Positions 1 through 11,287 of a stretch of DNA of 64,000 bases are shown here, piece after piece. The notes beneath the pieces were generated by a model, which made no database searches, had not been told where the DNA came from, and saw only the letters and a program-made list of their open reading frames with translations. Where the stretch lies: contig CAVNZM010000003.1 in NCBI GenBank assembly GCA_963693365.1, positions 10,710,988 through 10,774,987 of the forward strand, in the 5' to 3' direction. A program made the position numbers and the translations under genes. The DNA comes from Amoebidium appalachense. Taxonomy: Eukaryota; Protista; Ichthyosporea. Every line of letters starts with the position of its first letter. Within the stretch, counting starts at the first letter, position 1.

Positions 1-441
1 ACCGATGCTAGCATCTGCTTACCCATAATATGTAATAGGGGTGTCAGACACTACGATGGCGCTCATTGTTGCCTAGCATGTACATATGTCACTGGCTGCA
101 TTTGATTGGCTGTGCTGGAAAACGCAGTAGGCCGTCGAATGTGGCTGGGCCTCCGGCAATGTCCACGCAATAAAAAGTGTGTAAACCCCCTGGTCTCTGC
201 CTATGACTCCAAGTACAAATTCATATGCGTGTGATTGTGGGACAATCTCACTCGGGGTTTACACACTCTTTATTGCGTGGACATTGCCGGAGGCCCAGCC
301 ACTTCGACGGCCTACTGCGTTTTCCAGCACAGCCAATCAAATGCAGCCAGTGACATATGTACATGCTAGGCAACAATGAGCGCCATCGTAGTGTCTGACA
401 CCCCTATTACATATTATGGGTAAGCAGATGCTAGCATCGGT
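1..441. repeat. Inverted repeat formed by two LINE family A 3' ends facing each other (arms 1-190 and 254-441, 63-bp spacer)
   Basis: 1-190 is a near-perfect reverse complement of 254-441; both arms end in AATAAA(A/G)AGTGTGTAAACCCC. The left arm runs off the window edge. Confidence 0.92.
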
Positions 442-672
442 AGCTCCGACAGAAAGTTAAGGCACCGGATCACAATATCATACTGTGCAGCATTAATAAG
501 GTGATCTAGGATAGTCATCTTAAAACGGATATATTGAGGAAGAGATGAAGAAAAGAGAATAAAACCGCCAATAACCTCCGGTTCTAATACATTAGCTAAC
601 AGGTTGCATTTATTGATAGATATGCAGCCGCGAGTAAACCGCCCCCCACACATATTACACATACGAGCAGGA
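414..672 (-). pseudogene. C-terminal coding end of LINE A, separated from the rest by the LTR insertion
   Basis: The uninterrupted copy at 12754-12945 reads WRCNRFLVCPARMCNMCGGRF, joining sequence on both sides of the LTR element. Confidence 0.88.
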
Positions 673-1152
673 TGTAAACAGTTGGACTAGTTAGGATAAG
701 GCAGAGTACAACTGAATCAAAATAAAGACAGAGAACGGGTAGAAAGGCACACGCGGCCAGGTTGCTTTTACTATGGGCCGACTCAGTCTGTCTCAGACTT
801 CACTGATGTGATCCCCGTACTGGGACGGCTTTCTTATATAGCCCCCAGGTTTCGGATCAAGGCCCAGGATTGGTTCATCCGCGGCCAGCGCGGGTGGCAA
901 CATGCCATTCGTGATTCTGGTGCGGTCCGAGCCAGTCAGACCTTTGTCCTATTTATGCAAACCTCTTATTGGTTCACTTCGTTTATGTGGTATGCAGCTG
1001 AAGAACCATATATGGTTCAATTCTTAGGTCAGAGTGAGTCCTATTGGTGCGGACATAATATTTATGTGATATTCATGACAAAGCACGAATCGTGTGCTAG
1101 TAGATCACATTCTTTAGTAAACATGTACAGTTCATGTGTACAGTTGTTTACA
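673..1152 (-). repeat. 3' LTR
   Basis: TG..CA ends; appears identical to 3737-4216 (same translation in ORFs 808 and 3872, constant offset 3064); TATA-like TATATAAG on minus near 833-840. Confidence 0.93.
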
Positions 1153-1165
1153 CTCCCCCCTTGTC
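1153..1165 (-). promoter_or_regulatory. Polypurine tract (GACAAGGGGGGAG)
   Basis: Directly abuts the 3' LTR on the minus strand. Confidence 0.85.
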
Positions 1166-3638
1166 GGGAGCCTGGTGGTGTCGTTAGACAAGCAAACCAC
1201 CAGGCTGAGAGGCGATAAACAACCTTCAGCGAGAATTCTTGTGTGTGCCGAGCTGCTGGACAGAACAGAGCAAGGACGGTGGAATAGAGTTGTGCACGTC
1301 TATGAGCACTTCTTCATTTGCCAAAACGTAAATTCATGCAGCATTCTTCTGTGATTTCATTTTCGTGGCGAAGATTGTTGCAGAGTGTGCGTGCGAATAA
1401 TTCGCTAAGCCTTCGTCTCTGTGCTTGGCTTTTCTGTAGAAGTAGTATTTTCCTTTTTGGGAATTTTTCCTTTTTAGCAGATTCGTTTTCAATTGCGAGT
1501 AATTTGGTTGTGTGGATGAATGATCATACCAAACATTCGATAATGAATATAACTCGAGCCTTAGGTCACTTCGTAGCTCAGGTAGTGGTGGATAGCTTCA
1601 AGGCTTAGCCGCTGCTCCTTATCCCGGTTCTACCTTAAGACTGTAAGGCGAGTCACCATGGCCGGAAAAGCCACTTCTTTCATGAACAAAGAGCACTTCT
1701 TTCCTTTCAGCTTTAACCCTGCATCATCGGAGCTGGGAAAAACAGAATAAAAATGCCCAAGTGTTCTTCGTTGGGCGACATAAAGAAATATATCACCCGT
1801 CAGAACCAGTAAAAGCCCGGTTCATAATTCATAAGAAGAGGGTAGGCAAAGCAAGCCTCCTTCAGAAAACACATGCTTCCATTCGTGAGCAGTTTTCGTA
1901 TCCCATTTGCCAGCCATTTTCGTTGAGCAGGGGGATTCCAGGCATAATACATTCTTCTGGAGGCTTGGCCTAAAAAGAAAAGTCGTCGGAGTCGCCCTTT
2001 CTTTTGTAAGCAACTTCGTGAGCGCGCTTCGTGTTTTCATATCCTCCAGTGCAGGTCTGGATGGTGCCCCATCCTCTGCTTCATTTGTAGGTGGCCCTAC
2101 TGTAGGTTCTGTTCGTTGTGTGGAATACCAAAACCATTCGTATTCGTGGAACTGCTTTGTGCTGTGCTTTCTTTCGTGTTGGTGTTCATGAAGTTACCCC
2201 GTTCACACACCCTACTTCTTACATACATTAGATGTAAGTAGCTGCCTGGTGAGTGTGTGGTTCGTGTTCGTGGCATTCTTCTGTTCCTTCGTGAGAAGAA
2301 TATTCGTTTTAGCAGAGGTGCCCAATAAGGCAGCTTGTGGGGTTGTCTCCCGCATGTGCCCATTGGTGGGGTATGCACGTGCTAAATTGTTACAGTGTCA
2401 TCATATTGCAAGGGAATAACATGGTCACCTCCGTACCAGGGCCTAGTAGGTACACATGATGGTCCGATGTGTTAGTCAACAACACCTTGCATTCGTATTC
2501 GTATTTGTCTTCCACGTCACTTTCTTCAGTAGTGAAGGAGGGTATTCGTAATTCGAAACTGAAAGGCTTCCAGCCAAAATACTGACACTGTATGATGGGG
2601 TTGTGAGGGAGCGGTGCCCATACCACATTCTTTTGTTCTGGTGGGGGTGTGCCGGCAGCTAGTGCAAGGCTTGACAGTGTAATTGGTATGTTACACCGTA
2701 TTGCCACAGACGGGCATTCACCTTAAAATTCGTACCCAACACCTTCTTTGTTTTTCACATGCATGAACAAAAGTTCTGCATCGACTTTATTACATGCCTT
2801 TTGTGCACCAAGAGTGCAAATTCGTTAGGGCGTGGCACCAGGAAGGGCCGCCATACATGAGAGTCAGGCATATGTTCGTAATGTGTTTAGGCATGCCAGC
2901 ATACATTCATGCGCATGTTGTGCATCCTGGGCGCTAAACTATGGGGCATGCTGTATTCGAGAACAGCAAGGGATTCGAAGCATGCATGCAACACTACTTT
3001 CATAAGATCTTAGGTCCTACATGCTATAGCAACAGCGACTATCTTCTTCGTTAAGTGCATTTGTGCTGAAAGTGGCCGTGCATCTGGCTTGCGAGTGTGG
3101 ACGTGCATGCGGTGGCATGGACACGATGGCAGTGTGCAATAGGGCAGTGCACGCAAGGGCAACGGTTTTATTTTCTTCCTAACATAGAGGGGGCTGTGTG
3201 CATTGCAACCCAAGCAGTGTTGTGCATTCGTCCTTTCATTTTCGTATTTCCAGTTCATTTTGCTTTCGTTTTTCGTTTTTTGTCGTTTGATAACTTCGTT
3301 ACTTCGTTTTGTTTTCGTGTTGCATTCATTTCGTATTTCCTCTATGCAATCGTTTGTCGTTAATTCTTTATTTCATTGCGTATTCGTGATGGTTCGTTTT
3401 TCGTTGGTTCATTGCTTCGTTAGCAATTCTTTATTCGTTTGTTCGTGTATTCGTTGTTTCGTTGTGTATTCGTTTTTCTTCACATTTTTGATGTGTCGTA
3501 GCAAAAGAAGTTTTACATGCTTTCAATTCTTTCCGTGTAGGTGGGCTGGCCACTTCAAACTTGTAGGTGTATATATTCTAAGCCGGACAAGGAAAGATGT
3601 GCCTATCATCGGGGTAAAAAGGATTGTGATCGGCCATG

Positions 3639-3724
3639 GGAGATTCTTGAGCTGATTGAAAGATGTGAGATTCTTGAACTGATTGAAAGATGTGAGATTC
3701 GAAGGATGCGAGATTCTTGAACTG
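3639..3724. repeat. ~27-bp tandem repeat (GAGATTCTTGAACTGATTGAAAGATGT) next to the PBS
   Basis: Two full and further partial copies visible. Confidence 0.75.
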
Positions 3725-3735
3725 CGCGGTCGCCA
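3721..3735 (-). promoter_or_regulatory. Primer-binding site (TGGCGACCGCG; tRNA-Arg-like)
   Basis: Begins 1 nt after the 5' LTR with TGG; complementary to a tRNA 3' end ...CGCGGTCG-CCA. The tRNA identity is inferred. Confidence 0.7.
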
Positions 3736-3736
3736 A

Positions 3737-4216
3737 TGTAAACAGTTGGACTAGTTAGGATAAGGCAGAGTACAACTGAATCAAAATAAAGACAGAGAAC
3801 GGGTAGAAAGGCACACGCGGCCAGGTTGCTTTTACTATGGGCCGACTCAGTCTGTCTCAGACTTCACTGATGTGATCCCCGTACTGGGACGGCTTTCTTA
3901 TATAGCCCCCAGGTTTCGGATCAAGGCCCAGGATTGGTTCATCCGCGGCCAGCGCGGGTGGCAACATGCCATTCGTGATTCTGGTGCGGTCCGAGCCAGT
4001 CAGACCTTTGTCCTATTTATGCAAACCTCTTATTGGTTCACTTCGTTTATGTGGTATGCAGCTGAAGAACCATATATGGTTCAATTCTTAGGTCAGAGTG
4101 AGTCCTATTGGTGCGGACATAATATTTATGTGATATTCATGACAAAGCACGAATCGTGTGCTAGTAGATCACATTCTTTAGTAAACATGTACAGTTCATG
4201 TGTACAGTTGTTTACA
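3737..4216 (-). repeat. 5' LTR
   Basis: Copy of 673-1152, followed on the minus strand by the PBS. Confidence 0.93.
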
Positions 4217-6045
4217 CAGGAGACACCAGAAACCGATTACACCGCCAAGCCACAATCATCTTTGCGTTTTTACACCACACCACATTACGAATAAACGAAT
4301 CTATGTATGAACGAGACTCTCTAACCGTATCCGCCATATAGGCTACTAGTAGTTGGTGTTTGTGCGGTCCTAACACCGGAAGGGACTCAACACGTAGAGT
4401 AAAAAGATATCTATCAGCCATAGACTTGAAACTATTCATATTCACACTATGATCTAGCCGTACCTCCGGGGGGGTCGCCAGCCATTCCACATAGCGCTCG
4501 GCAATGGGCAGAGACGATGGGGAAGGGAAGAGGTACAGGGGCGAATCCGGCGGGGATGCGTGTAGCCGGAAGAGCGGGTGGTCCGGGGCACAAGCGGACA
4601 GGCGGGTGATGTGCTCGTGAAATTTAAGGGCTAATTCGTGTACGCGTTGTGATGGTGGTGTGAGCGCGTAGAGAGAATCAAAAAGGCGTCTAGGGATAGG
4701 TGTGGAAAGACCAGTGAGAAACATACAACAAGTTGTGTAATGGAAATCATCTAATGATTTGAGGACATTAGTAACAGTATCAGGGGGTGCCATAGCTAGT
4801 AAGGGCAACCCGTATTCCGACAAAGGGCGAATATATGTGCGAAATATACTAAGACGATTGTATAGGTGGACAGTATGAGAAAGAGTAGCAAGAAACACAT
4901 CCCGAAATAACCGAAGACACCTGCCTGCACTCTCCACCCGACGGTCGATCATCCGTTTGAAACATATGCCCCATTCGTCCACCGGAATCCCCAAATACTT
5001 GTATTCGATTGGGCGAGGGAGGGGACTGCCGAAAATACAAACGTCGTCCCATGCCGGTATCGATTTTGATAAAAGGGCACACTTTTTGACATTAATCTGC
5101 ATATCGTTGCGCTGGCACCAATGTTCAACCACACGAATGTATTGCCGTAGTTCGAGAGGATCGGATGACATAAGCACAATATCGTCGGCAAAAAAGAGGG
5201 CGGGAGGAGCCTGGGATGGCAACCCCCCGTCAATTTGTGCCGCAGAAAGAGTGTCGGCTAAATCATCAATATACAGGTTGAAAAGAAGAGGACTTAGCAG
5301 GGACCCTTGAAGTACCCCCGCGCGTGCGGGTAAACCCTGGGGATAGCCGCCCATTAACCACCGCTCGTCCGCGTGTAAACGTAAACATAGCTTCCAGTAG
5401 CCGACCCATTTGGAATGGGACACCGCGAGTGGCTAACTTGGCCCACAGGCGAGGGAGGTCGACCGTGTCGTACGCGTTCTTAAAATGGATAAATACGAGG
5501 TGCTCGGTATCACTTTGAGTTGCATTATGTAGAGTGAGGATTTGTGCGTAACATGAGTGTCGATGCCGAAACGCCGCCTGAAGAGGGCTCAGCTGGGAAG
5601 CCTGCTTAAGGGTGGGGTTACGGGAAAAGGCCTGTAAAAGGCCACTTTCGAATAATCGGCGAAAAACGGACGTAAGGGTGATAGGGCGAAATTCGTGGAT
5701 GGGACCCTGTGCAACCGTTTTCTTGATGGGAAACACTAAGGTGGCTAGCCACTCCGAGGGCACTTTACCGACATCAGAATACCAGCTAAACAACTCGCTA
5801 AGAATACATGTAAGTGGTGGCGGCGGGCCACGCTTTTCGTCTTTCTCGGGTCGGGGTGGGATGAGTACCTTAAGTAGTGCCATAGGAATGCCGTCCGGCC
5901 CGCACGCTTTGCGGGACGGGTAACGGGAGACTAACTGCCATACCGCATCTGGGGTAAAAAGTTCCCCCAATTCCGCCCCCAAACTCAGCCGGCCCCGCTG
6001 GCCACGCCGTGTGTGGTGGTGGTGGTGTGTCGGAGGGTGGAACAA
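4217..6045 (-). pseudogene. LINE A reverse transcriptase, disabled
   Basis: Split over ORFs 5266-6045 and 4212-5423 (frameshift at a C/G run near 5315-5320). Motif-A catalytic Asp appears replaced by His (FIHFKNAYD, codon 5485-5487; family B has FIDWKTAYD). Confidence 0.85.
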
Positions 6046-8320
6046 AAACAGGAGGGGGCGCCTGCCCCAGGTCCGTGGCCATACATGTCGGGTTACGTTT
6101 AAACAGGGTGCCGTAAAAGGAATCGGTTGCAGATTCCGGGTCGGATGACGGGTCGGCCGTTATTCGAATCGAATGATTGCCGCGATCAATCTTCCGAATA
6201 TTACCCAATAGCATGTGATACGGTAGAGGCTTACGTAAGGCAGCTTCCGCTCGAGGGCCGCGAGTGTGTGTAGTTCGTGCTTGTGGGTAAACTTGGGCAC
6301 CTAAACAGGCATATTCACCTATGTCCCACAAGGTTTCTCGTACTGTAGACCAGACGCTATCGATGAAGGTCTGGTCGGTGCGTAGTGGGGTTTGGCGTCC
6401 ATCACGCACAAGCGATAATAGACTCGGTTGCACCGTCTCGAAAAAGAAGCGAGTGTCTGCTTGGCCGCGCTGGCTTTTAAGTTCGCGTACGTTAAGTCTG
6501 TAAGTGTGTTGTGGTGACGGCGTAGAAAGGCTAAGTGTAGTGCGAAAGACTATAGGTAGGTGGTCTGACGGTGGGGGGTGTAGGTTGTGGTGTATGTGTA
6601 AGGTGCAAGGACCAGAGGCTGCCCCCCAGTCCGTGCGGTGTTCTTGTACTACAGATGGAAGAGTAAGGCGTAAGGCTGTAACAAAAGTGTGAAAGGTTGG
6701 CGTGCGTGGGTGGTTGGGTTTAAGTAGGGCCTGTGGGTGGCCGTGTAGGGGGTGTGGGGTGGTAGTTAGCGGGCTATTAAAGTCTCCTAACACTAGTGTG
6801 GGGTTATGTGGGGTGATGGTGTTAAGCTCGTGTTTAAGTGCTAGAAGTGGAAGGCTAGGTGGAAAATAAACAAAAGTGCATATATGGCCACAAACTGAGA
6901 TGGTGAGTGTGTGTATTGTACGTGCTATAACTGAACAGTGGTTAACAAAGTGGTAGGCGGCGATGAACACTATGCCGGAGTGAGGCTTGTGGCCCACCGG
7001 CTGAGTAGACTCGCCGACGAGCCGTCCAGACCGACGGAGTGTGGCGTGGTCTCGCCACCACGTTTCTGCGACAACAATAAACGGGAACTCCTGTTGGGGT
7101 AACGAAAGAAGAAACTGTGCTTTACTCTTATTTAGACTACGAGCATTCCAGAAAAGAAAGGAGAGCATGCTTACTGGGAGTTGGCTGGTGCGGCGGTGGG
7201 GTCGTAGGGCTTGCTGAACTTCGACCTGCACGTGCTGAGCCTCCCAGTAGGCACGCACCTCAGCTGCTGTTTTGGCCCGGCTGTCGTGTGCCGGGTAAAG
7301 TGTGGCTGCCTTGACAGCCCATGCATGGGCGTTGGCCATTCTTGCAAGCACCCGGCGTTGCCAAGAGGCCCGGGCAGCGGCCTCTGCATCAACACGGTTA
7401 AGTGTGGTGTTGTAGGGAGCCGTAGGATCGAAGTCTGCGAGAAAGGTGGCGTCGGTAGCACGTTGGATGATGTTTATGAGGGTATCACGGTAGCCGGCAC
7501 GCACAATGAACACTGTGTAGCGACGGCCAATGAAGAGCATGTCGGGAATCATTCGGTTGAGGACACCGAGGGTGTAAAGACGGTCACGCATGGTGCTGAT
7601 GTTGGCCGGCACCATGGTGAAGGCTGCAGTGGTCAACTCGGACTCGTCGGTACCCTGAGGGGCAGGGTCAGACGCCACCCGCGGGCGGCGGGTTGGGTGC
7701 AGTGCTGACGCTGCGGCAAGGGCTGCCAAAGCCTGGGTAGCCCCGTGGGTCTGGGCCACCGACTCGGCATACGTTTTGACTTTCTCGGACACGTACACGG
7801 TCTTGGCGTCCACCGTAGTGCGGTACACCTTAGGATTCGTTGTGGGTATGAACTTGGGAGACCCCGGGGGGGTGGGTAACCCATCGGGGGTTGCCTGTGC
7901 TGCAGGGGCCGGGCCCGCGTGGGCAGGGCCGGTGGGGGTTGCCCGGTCAGCTTCCAGCTGCCGTAAGCGCGTCTCCATTTGCTGAACAAGGAGGTCTGTG
8001 TGGTCCTGTTTGGCTTTATACTCAGCTACTTGGGTTGTTAAGTCGGAGACTTGGGTGCGGAGCTGCTCATGATGCGCCATAAGTTTGAGCACGGCTTTCC
8101 TAGCCTTCTCGGGTATCAAGTGCAGTTGTTCTTTCGAAATAAAACTACTTGCTGGCGGCACGGCCGGTGGCGCTTTAACCTCGGGAAAGGGAACCTGTTC
8201 CGCTCGGCTCAGTTTAGTTAGCCTCTTATCTGGGGATTCTCCTTCCCGTGTATCACGTTTGCGGCTCCCAGGCGGTGTCCCAGGAGGGTCCGGGGACAAG
8301 GATGCATCCTGAGACGCCAT
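5870..8320 (-). CDS. LINE A ORF1-like region fused in frame to APE endonuclease (816-aa frame; frameshift to the RT frame near 6000)
   Basis: Coiled-coil-like stretch (QLRTQVSDLTTQVAEYKAK..METRLRQLE) runs without a stop into MLSFLFWNARSL and the other APE motifs. Confidence 0.8.
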   Translation of the reverse strand: MASQDASLSPDPPGTPPGSRKRDTREGESPDKRLTKLSRAEQVPFPEVKAPPAVPPASSFISKEQLHLIPEKARKAVLKLMAHHEQLRTQVSDLTTQVAEYKAKQDHTDLLVQQMETRLRQLEADRATPTGPAHAGPAPAAQATPDGLPTPPGSPKFIPTTNPKVYRTTVDAKTVYVSEKVKTYAESVAQTHGATQALAALAAASALHPTRRPRVASDPAPQGTDESELTTAAFTMVPANISTMRDRLYTLGVLNRMIPDMLFIGRRYTVFIVRAGYRDTLINIIQRATDATFLADFDPTAPYNTTLNRVDAEAAARASWQRRVLARMANAHAWAVKAATLYPAHDSRAKTAAEVRAYWEAQHVQVEVQQALRPHRRTSQLPVSMLSFLFWNARSLNKSKAQFLLSLPQQEFPFIVVAETWWRDHATLRRSGRLVGESTQPVGHKPHSGIVFIAAYHFVNHCSVIARTIHTLTISVCGHICTFVYFPPSLPLLALKHELNTITPHNPTLVLGDFNSPLTTTPHPLHGHPQALLKPNHPRTPTFHTFVTALRLTLPSVVQEHRTDWGAASGPCTLHIHHNLHPPPSDHLPIVFRTTLSLSTPSPQHTYRLNVRELKSQRGQADTRFFFETVQPSLLSLVRDGRQTPLRTDQTFIDSVWSTVRETLWDIGEYACLGAQVYPQARTTHTRGPRAEAALRKPLPYHMLLGNIRKIDRGNHSIRITADPSSDPESATDSFYGTLFKRNPTCMATDLGQAPPPVFVPPSDTPPPPHTAWPAGPAEFGGGIGGTFYPRCGMAVSLPLPVPQSVRAGRHSYGTT

Positions 8321-8347
8321 GGGTGGGTTCTAGCTGCCCCTCAAGGG

Positions 8348-8535
8348 GCCTAAGTAGAGGTGGATGCCTAAGTAAAGGCCGATGCCTAAGTAGAGAAAGT
8401 AAAGAAAGAAAAAAAAGAAAGAAAAAAAAAACAACGTGTGAAAGAAAAAAACGTGTGAAAGAAAAAAACGTGTGAAAGAAAAAAACGTGTGAAAGATTTG
8501 TGTAGCTTCGTGTGTGTGTGAGCTTCGTGTGTGTG
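8348..8535. repeat. Short tandem repeats in the LINE A 5' UTR
   Basis: GCCTAAGTA(G/A)AG x3 at an 18-bp period, AAAAAACGTGTGAAAG x4, AGCTTCGTGTGTGTG x2. Confidence 0.8.
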
Positions 8536-8545
8536 ACTCATACAC

Positions 8546-8959
8546 CAGCCACATTCGACGGCCTACTGCGTTTTCCAGCACAGCCAATCAAATGCAGCCA
8601 GTGACATATGTACATGCTAGCATCGGTAGCTCCGACAGAAAGTTATAAGGCACCGGATCACAATATCATACTGTGCAGCATTAATAAGGTGATCTAGGAT
8701 AGTCATCTTAAAACGGATATATTGAGGAAGAGAGGAAGAAAAGAGAATAAAACCGCCAATAACCTCCGGTTCTAATACATTAGCTAATAGGTTGCATTTA
8801 TTGATAGATATGCAGCCGCGAGTAAACCGCCCCCCACACATATTACACATGTACATATGTCACTGGCTGCATTTGATTGGCTGTGCTGGAAAACGCAGTA
8901 GGCCGTCGAATGTGGCTGGGCCTCCGGCAGTGTCCACGCAATAAAAAGTGTGTAAACCC
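8546..8959. mobile_element. Rearranged LINE A 3' fragment with internal inversion
   Basis: 8546-8850 matches the C-terminal coding end plus part of the 3' UTR (minus); 8848-8959 is the terminal 3' UTR (plus), ending GTAAACCC. Confidence 0.85.
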
Positions 8960-9800
8960 TGTTTGTAAAGACGATGGTTACAGAAAAATTGACAGTCGGC
9001 GGCCAAGTCAACCCAAATTTGACGGTTTTTGTCGATTTTGACGGTGAAGAAGGCGTCGGACCACCCTGACTTCCTATATCAATATTGCGCGTTTTCTCAT
9101 TTCCTACAGCTATTCCTAATAGAGGGGGTTTACACACTTTTTATTGCGTGGACACTGCCGGGGGCCCAGCCACACTCGACGGCCTACTGCGCCTCCAGCG
9201 CAGCCAATCAAATGCAGCTAGTGACATTGCGGTTCCCTCAAATATCCCGGCCATGCATGCCCACAACACCGACTGGGGAGTGGCCTTTTGGCCATCAACC
9301 ATGGCGCCAAAACTCTCTCTCCCTCCTAACCTCTCTAGGTCATCTGACCACTCTCCTATCCTTTTCCTACCTAAGATCTCCCTTGATCTGCTCCCCCCTC
9401 CTCCTCCCACCTTTCGCTTCCGTCTATCTCAGCTCAAGTAAAGGTGGGGTAGAGTTGATGTATGTGTATGCTATGCAACGAAACACCCTATATATATGCG
9501 CCTATTTGAATCTGCACAAGCCAGACCAGATTCACATCTCGTACTAGATACATGCACTAACTTTATTGTTGATGATTTTATAGATCTCGGTGATTATATG
9601 CTGGTGGTGGTAGGAAGGAATATCCCGATGCTCTCTTGTTACCAAACACCACTCCCGCTAGACTAGGTGAGCGCTGTCTCAAAAGGAAAGCTTGCGCCGG
9701 CTTGCTAGTATGAATCGATTTGGCCCCCCTGCTCTTATTATTGGTGATACCACTGGAGACCCCCTCATAGACCCTGATAAGTATTTCTCGGAACTGTTTA

Positions 9801-10044
9801 GGGGTTTACACACTTTTTATTGCGTGGACACTGCCGGAGGCCCAGCCACATTCGACGGCCTACTGCGTTTTCCAGCACAGCCAATCAAATGCAGCCAGTG
9901 ACATATGTACATGCTAGGCAACAATGAGCGCCATCGTAGTATCTGACACCCCTATTACATATTATGGGTAAGCAGAGGCTAGCATCGGTAGCTCCGAAAG
10001 AAAGTTAAGGCACCGGATCACAATATCATACTGTGCAGCATTAA
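9801..10044 (-). mobile_element. 244-bp LINE A 3'-end insertion inside family B
   Basis: Matches 254-497; interrupts the family B frame YFSELF|..DRTP. Confidence 0.88.
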
Positions 10045-10144
10045 AGATAGGACCCCCGCTCAGAAACCTATTGTGTGGCCTATAGACCCATCTATCCCCA
10101 TAGATTCTTCGATCCTCCCCTTTTTCAGTCCCGATACCATATGG

Positions 10145-10179
10145 GGGTTTACACACTTTTTATTGCGTGGACACTGCCG
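10145..10179 (-). mobile_element. 35-bp extreme 3'-end LINE A insertion with TSD ATATGG
   Basis: GGGTTTACACACTTTTTATTGCGTGGACACTGCCG flanked by ATATGG at 10139-10144 and 10180-10185; removal restores the frame SPDTIWSVISR. Confidence 0.85.
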
Positions 10180-10594
10180 ATATGGTCTGTGATATCGAGA
10201 TCTAGTTATAGCTCTAGTAAGTCTTGTGGACCTGATGGACTTCCTGCTGGGTTTCTTAAAATCCTTGTTCCCTCCTACCCACAAAAGGAAAGTGATCGTG
10301 CTGTTGAACCTGATCTTACTATTATGTAAAGCTCTTTCTTTTCTTGGTGTGTTAAATGTGAACATGTCCGGTCATCTTGGTTAAATACCTTAGTGATCCC
10401 CACAGAAGAAGGACTCCGAGGGCCCCATATCATCTTTTCGCCCCATCACACTATGTAACCCAGGTTGTTCGTAGATTCTTTGAAGCTTGCTTACTTAATA
10501 GGTTATTTGCACATCACCCTAGGTTTCAATCTATTCTTCACAAACACCCATGCTAATCCGCTTTTCGTAAAACAATTCATGTTATGTTCAAATA

Positions 10595-11287
10595 ATGGCA
10601 CTGCACGATTCTATGCACGTTGGTGCACGATATGTTAGTTTTATTGATTGGAAAACTGCTTACGATTCTGTCTCTTCTGGTCTCCTATGGGAAAAGCTTG
10701 CTGCACGGGGTGTACCACACTGCATTATTGGTGTTTTGTTAGAAGCACTCTTGTCTCAAACCTATGGTAGAGCTGTGGTTAATGGGCACCTTTCATATGG
10801 TTTTGCTCGTACTAGAGGTCTCTTGCAGGGTTCATTGCTTAGCCCCTTTTTGTTTAACCTATTTATAGATGATTTGGCTGTCAAGATTTATGCCGAAAAT
10901 GATGACCCTATTAATAACTTTCCGCCTGCACTTCTCTATGCTGATGATCTGTCCCTCCTTGCCCGTACCCCTAGACGCCTGCAAAGATTGTTCGATGTAG
11001 TGTCAGAGTGGTGCAAGGCAAACCTTATGATCCTTAACATAGACAAATGTGGTGTTCTTGTACCTGATATAGCTAACAATTTACACACATTTACATTATC
11101 ATCTAAACCTGTACCTATAGTTCCAGAATACAAATATCTTGGTGTTCCGGTTAATTCTGTTTGTGTTATGTTTTCCCATATGGTCGAAAAGAGGGTAGAG
11201 CTGGCTCGTAAGCGGTTAGCTTTCTTCTCGGCTAATATTTTTGAATACACACCCCTCCATCCTTCTGTTAGACTTACATTTCAATGA
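10595..11287 (+). pseudogene. Reverse transcriptase core remnant of LINE family B
   Basis: 230-aa ORF with RT motifs including YADD. Confidence 0.9.

Larger units (their letters stand above)
673..4216 (-). mobile_element. Non-autonomous LTR retrotransposon with 480-bp LTRs and 5-bp TSD CAGGA
   Basis: Direct repeats 673-1152 and 3737-4216 with TGTAAACA...TGTTTACA termini; CAGGA at 668-672 and 4217-4221; single CAGGA at the empty site near 12903; PBS and PPT on minus strand; no gag/pol motifs recognised in the 2.6-kb interior. Confidence 0.93.
254..8545 (-). mobile_element. Near full-length non-LTR retrotransposon (LINE family A: ORF1-like + APE endonuclease + RT), interrupted by an LTR element at 673-4216
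   Basis: APE motifs FWNARSL, VAETW, LGDFNS, SDHLPI; RT motifs KACGPDGIP, FRPITL, QAAFR, LQGSLLSPLLFN, FADD, YKYLG; Cys-rich C-terminus (WRCNRF..CNMCGGRFTRGC) resumes at 672-414. 5' boundary approximate. Confidence 0.92.

Noticed and set aside
254-413. Penelope-like element or hammerhead ribozyme in the repeated termini
   Set aside because: The element has APE and a LINE-type RT, not GIY-YIG; no CUGANGA/GAAA core found.
808-1218. Duplicated 136/140-aa ORFs (also 3872-4294)
   Set aside because: They lie inside the LTRs, antisense to the element; the duplication reflects LTR identity.
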